From an uncultured Chloroflexia bacterium (GTDB taxonomy: Bacteria > Chloroflexota > Limnocylindria > Limnocylindrales > CSP1-4), in the NCBI GenBank assembly GCA_963734535.1, contig CAVTHS010000013.1, positions 1 through 50,839 of the forward strand: a stretch of 50,839 bases of DNA. The letters are read 5' to 3'. Below the pieces are notes generated by a model. It made no database searches. It was not told where the DNA came from and saw only the letters and a program-made list of their open reading frames with translations. A program made the translations under genes and the position numbers. Every line of letters begins with the position of its first letter. Position 1 is the first letter of the stretch. Of this stretch, positions 44,158 to 50,839 are shown piece by piece.

Positions 44158-47100
44158 GTGGCTGGACACAGCGACGCGATCAAGGTTGCCCTCGACCCGG
44201 GCGGCATGGCGATCGGCTCGGTGCCCGGCGGACCGATCCTCGCGGGGCAGGCGTCTGGGGGAACGATTCCGGGCAGCGACGCCTCGCCGAAGCCCGGCGC
44301 GGGGCCGGGCCAGAAGCTCCCGGTGATGGATCTCGAGGACGCCGGCCTGACCGTCGAGGTCTCCCAGGCCCAGCTCGGCTCGCTGCTCCAGGAGCGACTT
44401 CAGTCGGTCACCCACGTCTACACGACGCTGGCGATGGTCGGGAAGGACCTGGTCGACTTCTTCCCGAACGTACCGGAGATCCTGCCGCCGACCATCTCCG
44501 GGCGGCTTCTCAATCCGGACGGGAGCCCTGCCGCCTTCGTGTCCGTGCAGGCGGAGGAACCCGCTCCGGAGCCAGGCGGTCCCACGGCTCCATGGCCCAC
44601 CCCCCAGGCCGCGACCGATCGCCGCGGCGCCTACCAGCTCGGCCTGCCGCCGCGCCCGGTCCCAGCGACCGGCCTCACGCTGCTCGTGCAGGGGTCCAAC
44701 CGCACCACCGAGGTGGTGGTCCGCAGGACGGACCTCGTGGCAAGCAAGGGCTCGCTCGGCGTGCAGCCCCTGGACGCGGCTGTCGAGCCGCTGCCCCGAA
44801 GCATCACAAGCCAGCTTGGCGACGTGATCGTCCCGACCGGCGTGTCCGACGTCCTGGCCGATCCGGCTGCGTTCGCGGACCCGGTCCCGGTCCTGACGCT
44901 CGGCGAGGGCGATTGCGCTCGCTCCTTTCGATCCAACTCCGGGGTCATCGACCAATTCCGCTTCTCGCTCTTCGTCCGCCTCGTCGCGCCACAGCTGAGT
45001 GGTCGCAAGCTCGGGAGCAGGGTCAAGAGCGGCGATGGGTCGTACCTGATCTCGTCGAGCGCGGGCGGCCTTGGCCAGTACGTCAACGCCGGTCAGCTGA
45101 TCGAGGCTTTGAACGGTCTCGGGACGTGGGAGCTGGCGCAGCGGGTCCCGGTTGACCAGCCAATCGACGTGACCCGTTTCCGGGACATCATCGAGACAAT
45201 CCCGACCGCGATGCCGAAGGCCGCGAGCCTCGGTCTCGGGTATGTCGTCGGCATGCACCAGGTGTGGATCCCGACCGGCCTGTCGCTCGGCGACCTCGTC
45301 TACTCGCTCCCGCTGGCGCCCGGCGAGCAGCAGCGCATCGCGGTCGCCGACACGCGCGAGACGCTCAGCGTGCGCGAGGCGGAGACGCTCACGGCCGACG
45401 AGTACCAGCGCTACCAGGAGAATGCCGACAGCTCCACAAACGCGATCTTCAGCAGCGCGTTCAACGAGGCCGCGGCCGGCGGAAGCCAGATGCGAACCCG
45501 GACCGAGGCGGGCTCGATCGGCGGCGCCACGGGCGCCGCCGGGATCGTCTACGGGGTCCTCATGGGCGGCGGCATCGCCGGCGGCTACTCCGATTCGACG
45601 ACGACCGGTTCGTCCTCGAGCTGGCAGAACGCCAGCCGCGACTACGTGTCCAATGCGACCCAGGACTTCCACTCACAGCTTGCACGGCAGGCCGCGGCCC
45701 GCCGCAGCTCAGCCCGGACGAGCGTCCGCCTGGCGACCGCCTCGGAGAGCCGTGAGATCGTCACCAAGATCATCACGAACCACAACCACAATCACGCCCT
45801 GACGATGCAGTACTGGGAGGTGCTGCGCCACTTCGCCGTGAGCACCTCCGTGGACGATGTCCAGCTCGTCTGCCTGGTACCGCTTGAGGTCGTGCAATTC
45901 CTGCCCGTGTTCCAGCCGCGGCTGCTGCCGACGGGCACGTACGCGAGGGACCAGCTCCTCGCTCGCTATGCCCAGCTGGTTCGGTATCACGACGTGCTCG
46001 AGCAGCGCCTCTGGTGGCGCTCGGAGCTCGCTCACGGCCTGCGCCTCCTCCGGTCGTTCGCAGCAAATCCGACGATGACCGTACAGGGTTCGTCCGGCTC
46101 TGCCCAGGACGTGGTCTGGGTGACGGTCACGGGCACCTTCCTCCCGTTCGAGGATGTGTCGGTCAGCATCGTATCGACGACCGGAGCGCGGGTCGGGCCG
46201 GTGCGGCTGCAGGGATCCAGCGCGGATATCGCATCGGGTGCCGAATCGCGCGATGCGCTTCTCGAAGTCATTCGCCAGCGCCGGGCCGGGACATTCGAGA
46301 CACGCACAGGCGCACTGGTGCTGCCCGACTACATTGCGCGAAGCGACATCGCGCGGTTCGAATTCAGCCGTTCGTTCCGGACCTTCTCGTACCAGCTGAC
46401 CGTGCCCACCGGGCTCGACCTCGGCAACCTCCTCGGCTGGCTGTCCGTCGCCAGGAGCCTTGGCGTGACGCTCACGTCCGCGGACCTCGAGCGCGAGGTC
46501 GGCGGACCGACCATTCAGGATCCCACCGCCACGATCGACGTCGGATCCCAGGGGACTGGCCCGGCCGTGCTTGACGTGCTCGAGGCCTACAACGGACCCA
46601 GCGGCACGCAGGTCATGCCGACCATCCTGCCCGTTGCCGCGAAGCGGCTGCCACCGGTCCTGTCATTCGCAGATCTGCTGCGAATCGAGGCGGTCCTGCA
46701 GCACGTGGTGCAGAACACGGTGCCCTACTCGAAGGCGGTCTGGGAGTCGCTGACTGCCGAGGAGCGGGCGATCATGCTGGAGCGTTTCACGATCGGCGTG
46801 CCGACCGGCGGCGTCGCCGATCCGTCGAGCGAGGTCCCGCTTCTCGACTGTGTTGCGAACCAGGTCCTCGGCTACTTCGGCAACTCCGCGATCATGCCGT
46901 TCTTCCTGCCCGCCACCCTGGCGGGAGAGATGAAGTTCACGTCTCGTGACGTTCAGGACGCCCTCCTCAAGTTCCACCGCCAGGCGTTCGCTCCGCCGCG
47001 CTCCTCGATCACCCTGCCAGCCCGCGGCGTCCTCGGCGAAGCCGTCCTCGGCAGCTGCGAGTCGAGCGAGAAGATCGACCTCACGCGATTCTGGAACTGG

Positions 47101-47866
47101 CAGGACTCGCCGTCCGACACCGCGACCGACCCGAGCCAGCTGACTGCGCTCATCACGACGCCCAATCCGCTCGTCGGCAGCGCGGGAGCGCAGGCACCGA
47201 ACACGCTTTCAAACGGGGCGTCGATGGTGACGATCAACTCCGGTCCGGCCGCCCTCACACCTGCGGACCTGGCAGCTGCTCTCATCAAGAGCCAGCCGGC
47301 CAACAGCCTGCCCACGGACCTGACTGGCCTGACGCAGCTCGCGTCCCAGATGAAGGTCCAGACGGAGACGACCGCCGACAGCCTCAACAAGACGATCGGG
47401 CAGGCGACCGACCTTGCCAAGACAGCTATGACGAATCTCCCCCAGGTGATAGCGGCGAAGCAGGGAGGGACCAGTCCCGGGAAGGGCTCGGGTGGCACCG
47501 GCTCCGGCTCCGGCGGCACGGGCAGCGGCTCCGGCTCCGGCGGCACGGGCGGCTCCGGCTCCGGCGGCACGGGCACGCGGCTCCGGCTCCGGCGGCACGG
47601 GCAGCGGCGGCACGGGCTCCGGCTCCGGCGGCACGGGCTCGGGCAGCGGCGGCACGGGCTCGGGCGGCACGGGTTCCGGCTCCGGCGGCACCGGAACGGG
47701 CTCCGGCAGCGGCTCGGGCGGCACAGGATCCGGCTCCGCGGGCTCCGGCTCAGGCGGCACGGGCAGCGGCGGCACGGGCTCCGGCTCCGCCGGCTCCGGC
47801 TCAGGCGGCACCGGTGTCGATACGAGCGGCGCCACCGACGGCGGTTCCGCACCGGCGACCGTCTGA
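44158..47866 (+). CDS. Large (~1240 aa) uncharacterised protein with Gly/Ser/Thr repeat tail; frameshift at ~47577
   Basis: Long coding-biased ORF; motif-like blocks LGDLVYSLPLAPGE, NHNHNHALTMQYWEVLRH, GEAVLG...EKIDLTRFWNWQDSP; one extra C in the GSGSGGT array moves the tail to the frame ending at 47866. Confidence 0.85.
47483..47815 (+). repeat. Low-complexity coding repeat (GSGSGGT / GSGGT units)
   Basis: Imperfect tandem ggc(tcc/agc)ggcggcac(g/c) units. Confidence 0.9.
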
Positions 47867-47906
47867 TCCCACCGACCCGACTGGCCCCAACGGGAGGACA
47901 CCCACG

Positions 47907-48878
47907 ATGACCGACCAGGCCGGCAGCACTGCCGAAGACCGGGCAATCGACGCCCTCACCAGGATCATCGACTCGGCGAACTCGCCCGACATGCTCGAGG
48001 CCCAGCAGATCATCCTCCGCCGCCTCGCCCTGTCCGGCGACCTCTTTCCATCGCGGATCCCTGCGCCGGCCAACATCACCCAGGTTGGCGGCTACCTGAA
48101 CCTGATCGCCGACGATGCCGTCCTGCGGGCACAGGTGCTGGCGTCGGCCCTGGGCGTCGCCGGCCCGAACCCCAGCCCCGGTTGGGAGCCGACGCTCCCG
48201 CCCATCTACTTCGCGGTGCGCGCGAACGACCGGCCGGCAGGCACCAGCCAGCCTGCGATCCCGGTCACGTTCTCCGTTCGGAGTGACTTCGCGATGGCTC
48301 TCGATGCGGCCCTGTCGACCATCCACGAGCAGGGAGCGACCCTCCCGGTTCTCTCGACGGTCCTGTCACTGCCGCCCGCGACGCTCGGGGCGGTCCCTCC
48401 GGCGGACCTGCTGCCGTTCCTGGGCCGAGCCCTGGCCCTGGTCCCGGCGGCTGCCCTCGCTGACCCTGCGACCGACCCTCTTTCGATCGGTCAGGTTGGG
48501 ACAGATCCGCTCCAGGTCGTGGCGCTCCAGATCGACGGCGCGGCGCCGAACGCGGGTGCTGTCACGGCGGGGGACTGGTCGATGTGGACGTGCACAACGA
48601 CCGCCTGCACGCAGGCCACGGTCCACGCTGCCTACGTCCCGCTCACCCCCATCCTGAACGGCGCCGGCTGGTACCAGCCGGTTCTGAGCGCCCCGGTCTC
48701 GCTCGTCGAGCCAGGGCCGTCGCTCCACTGGACGAACACCACGGGGCTGGTCGCGAACACCAGCCAATTCGGTGACGAGCTCGCCCTGATGCGGTCCGCG
48801 GGCGAGATCGGCCAGTCGATCGTCCGGGAGCGCCTCGACTGGGTGTGGAACGGCACCACGTTTGTCACGCCCGGATAA
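47907..48878 (+). CDS. Hypothetical protein, partner of the large protein
   Basis: GGAGG SD; N-terminal AQQIILRRLALSGD.FPSRIPAP.NITQVGGYLNL block; WxWNG..F C-terminus; no signal peptide evident. Confidence 0.8.
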   Translation: MTDQAGSTAEDRAIDALTRIIDSANSPDMLEAQQIILRRLALSGDLFPSRIPAPANITQVGGYLNLIADDAVLRAQVLASALGVAGPNPSPGWEPTLPPIYFAVRANDRPAGTSQPAIPVTFSVRSDFAMALDAALSTIHEQGATLPVLSTVLSLPPATLGAVPPADLLPFLGRALALVPAAALADPATDPLSIGQVGTDPLQVVALQIDGAAPNAGAVTAGDWSMWTCTTTACTQATVHAAYVPLTPILNGAGWYQPVLSAPVSLVEPGPSLHWTNTTGLVANTSQFGDELALMRSAGEIGQSIVRERLDWVWNGTTFVTPG

Positions 48879-48884
48879 CGTTCG

Positions 48885-49340
48885 ATGGCACAGCAGCGTC
48901 CGCCCGAGAAGCCGACCGGGAACCGTTCGTTGCGGCTGACCTTCAAGTACGAGGGCGATGCCGTTACGCTCGTCGAGCAGGAATCTGTGGCCATGCTCGC
49001 CCCTCCTGACGATGCCGCCCTCCTGGAGCGTGGCCAGAGCGGTTTCCACGTGGAGCTCCAGGACGCGGACGGGAAGCCGCTGTACCGGCGCGTCCTCCAC
49101 GCGCCGATCCGGGACTCGTACGAGGTGTTCTCGCCTGAGCCGGGGGCAGCCATCTCGCATGTGCCAATGGATCGGCCGCATGGTTTCTTCAAGGTTGTCG
49201 TACCGGATGTGGCGGGAGGACACTCGGTCGTCGTCGTCGGTCCTCCATCGGCGATCGACCGGGCCGCCGCGGTCCCGGGCCCGATCATCCGGGTGAAGCT
49301 CCACGGGGAAAAGCCCCCCCGCAAGGCGGAGCAACAATGA
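48885..49340 (+). CDS. Hypothetical protein translationally coupled to the M64 peptidase
   Basis: ATGA overlap with the peptidase start; beta-rich pattern (SLRLTFKYEG, FHVEL.D..G..LY, FKVVVP). Confidence 0.75.
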   Translation: MAQQRPPEKPTGNRSLRLTFKYEGDAVTLVEQESVAMLAPPDDAALLERGQSGFHVELQDADGKPLYRRVLHAPIRDSYEVFSPEPGAAISHVPMDRPHGFFKVVVPDVAGGHSVVVVGPPSAIDRAAAVPGPIIRVKLHGEKPPRKAEQQ

Positions 49341-50464
49341 GCGCGGCGGATGGGGTGGTGGTCGGGACCACCAAGCTCGTCGACCACGGCCCTGACTCGG
49401 CGCGCTGGACGCTCGTGCTCCTGGCCGAGGGGTATCAACAGGCGGAGCTGGCCAAGTTCCATACGGATGCCGACGCGTTTGTGACCCGCCTGTTCAGCAC
49501 GCCGCCGTACACGGAGCTCTGGTGCGCCCTGAACATCTACCGGGTGGACATCGCCTCGAGCGGGAGCGGTGCCGACGACCCGGCGGCGTGTGCGGACGGA
49601 GCAACCGGCACGGGCACAATGGTCAGCACCTTCTTCGACTCGACGTTCTGCGTCGCCGGGACGAGGCGCCTCCTGGCCGGCGATGAGCACCTCGCGGACA
49701 CGACGGCGAAAGCGGCAGTGCCCGAGGTGGACGCGACGGTGGTGATCGTGAACGCGGCCGAGTACGGCGGGGCCGGGGGGTTGGTCGCGTGGACGTCGAC
49801 CAATGCCGCCGCCGGCGAGATTGCGGTGCACGAGCTCGGCCACTCGGCCTTCGCGCTCGGTGACGAGTATGGCGACACTCTCAACACCTATGCGGGCGCG
49901 GAGCCGAACCAGCCGAACCTCACGATCGACACGGGCCGGGCGACCACGCGCTGGGCCGGTCTGATCCGGGCAACGACGGCGCTGCCGACCATGGACAACC
50001 CTGACTGCACGACCGAGGACACCAGGCCCAGCCCGGTTCCCGCCGGGACAATCGGGCTCTTCGCGGGCGGCAATCGCTATCACTGCGGCCTCTACCACGC
50101 CGAGTACCGGTGTCGGATGCGCGCACTCGGCAACCCGTTCTGCGCCGTTTGCGCCGGAACCATCAAGGCGACCCTGCGGACGCACCTCCCGATGGCCAGC
50201 GGTCCGGTCCGGGGTGTCCAGTTCACGGGGACCCTTGCGCCGCGCCAGACGCACCAATGGTTCACCCATGATTGGCCGGCGTGCTGGCACGTCATCTGGA
50301 CCGTGACCACCACCACGCCGATCACCCCAGGGCCGGGCATCGACTGGCACGTGCGGGTGGAGCGCGCCAACCGCGAGATGATCACCTACTGGATCGAGGT
50401 CACGAACCTCACCTCGACATCGCTTGACGTCGAGGCGCGATACGCCATCGCGGCCAGGGAGTAG
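49337..50464 (+). CDS. M64 (IgA peptidase-like) zinc metallopeptidase with C-terminal Trp-rich beta module
   Basis: LVLLAEGY, PY...NIYRV..SG, IVN..EYGGAGG, HELGHSAFALGDEY, EP..PNLT, GLFAG..GLY..CRMR...FC.VC. Confidence 0.88.
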   Translation: MSAADGVVVGTTKLVDHGPDSARWTLVLLAEGYQQAELAKFHTDADAFVTRLFSTPPYTELWCALNIYRVDIASSGSGADDPAACADGATGTGTMVSTFFDSTFCVAGTRRLLAGDEHLADTTAKAAVPEVDATVVIVNAAEYGGAGGLVAWTSTNAAAGEIAVHELGHSAFALGDEYGDTLNTYAGAEPNQPNLTIDTGRATTRWAGLIRATTALPTMDNPDCTTEDTRPSPVPAGTIGLFAGGNRYHCGLYHAEYRCRMRALGNPFCAVCAGTIKATLRTHLPMASGPVRGVQFTGTLAPRQTHQWFTHDWPACWHVIWTVTTTTPITPGPGIDWHVRVERANREMITYWIEVTNLTSTSLDVEARYAIAARE

Positions 50465-50475
50465 GAGGGACCCGC

Positions 50476-50730
50476 ATGTTCGTCGGCACCCAGTTCACCG
50501 GGCCGGTCGCCGGGGGGGCGTCCCACACCTGGTTCACGCACGACTGGTCGCCCGACTGGCATGTCATCTGGACAGTCGTTCCCCTCACCCCGGTTGCAGG
50601 CGCCCCACAGCTCGATTGGAGCGTGGCCGTGCAGCGGGCGGGCGCCAGCGCGATCACCTACTGGATCACGATCCACAACCTGACCTCCGCGGCGATCGAC
50701 GTCGAGGCCCGCTACGAGGTTCTCGACTAG
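50476..50730 (+). CDS. 84-aa stand-alone paralog of the peptidase C-terminal module
   Basis: GGAGG SD; ungapped match to the peptidase tail (GxQFTG..WFTHDW...WHVIWTV..ITYWI..NLTS..DVEARY). Confidence 0.88.
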   Translation: MFVGTQFTGPVAGGASHTWFTHDWSPDWHVIWTVVPLTPVAGAPQLDWSVAVQRAGASAITYWITIHNLTSAAIDVEARYEVLD

Positions 50731-50756
50731 CCATTCCGCCGCGGGTCGCGTGCCGA

Positions 50757-50784
50757 GGCAGCCCCCCGGTACTCCGGGGCTGCC
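50757..50784 (+). terminator. GC-rich hairpin after the operon (possible terminator, no U-tract)
   Basis: GGCAGCCCC ... GGGGCTGCC 9-bp stem. Confidence 0.4.
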
Positions 50785-50839
50785 CAAGGGATTCCGGGCG
50801 GGACCCGGGTACACTCGCGGGGATGGACGACCCCCGTTT

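Noticed and set aside
47483-47815. Possible CRISPR array or separate 124-aa gene (47492-47866)
   Set aside because: Gly/Ser coding repeats continuous with the giant ORF after a 1-bp correction; no RBS or spacers

Overview
Very GC-rich bacterial chromosomal segment with about 41 genes. The gene style is compatible with Chloroflexota or Actinomycetota; this is inference, not tested. No rRNA, tRNA, CRISPR or transposase is seen. Blocks in order: (1) 1.3-8.7 kb, an Rrf2/IscR-like regulator with sufC-sufS (no sufB/sufD) and a second unit sufU-moeZ-JAMM peptidase, each preceded by the same 25-bp IscR-like palindrome; HAD and kdgK-like genes lie between them. (2) 9-13.5 kb, a nucleoside hydrolase plus an ECF transporter. 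(3) 13.7-31.7 kb, an uncharacterised catabolic island with two near-identical GntR/FCD regulators and three copies of an ATCGAT-N-ATCGA operator. It encodes transaldolase, MMSDH, a cupin::transketolase-C chimera, a dikinase lacking its ATP-grasp domain, an HPrK-like P-loop protein, a three-subunit xanthine-dehydrogenase-family hydroxylase, a cyclase, a Zn-ADH, a PPDK lacking its pyruvate domain and fused to an Rv1126c-like domain, an MBL hydrolase and an SDR. (4) cinA, purK, a DUF5946-like gene, three paralogous lipoproteins around an AfsR-type SARP with TGCGATC repeat boxes, icd and purE. (5) 43.1-50.7 kb, a small SARP divergent from an operon encoding a ~1240-aa protein with a Gly/Ser tail, a partner protein, a small protein, an M64 metallopeptidase and a stand-alone 84-aa copy of the peptidase's C-terminal module. 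Block 5 and the split-dikinase island are the best candidates for undescribed systems. Five single-base frameshifts in homopolymers or repeats look like sequencing errors. Family calls rest on motifs recognised by eye; no database searches were run.
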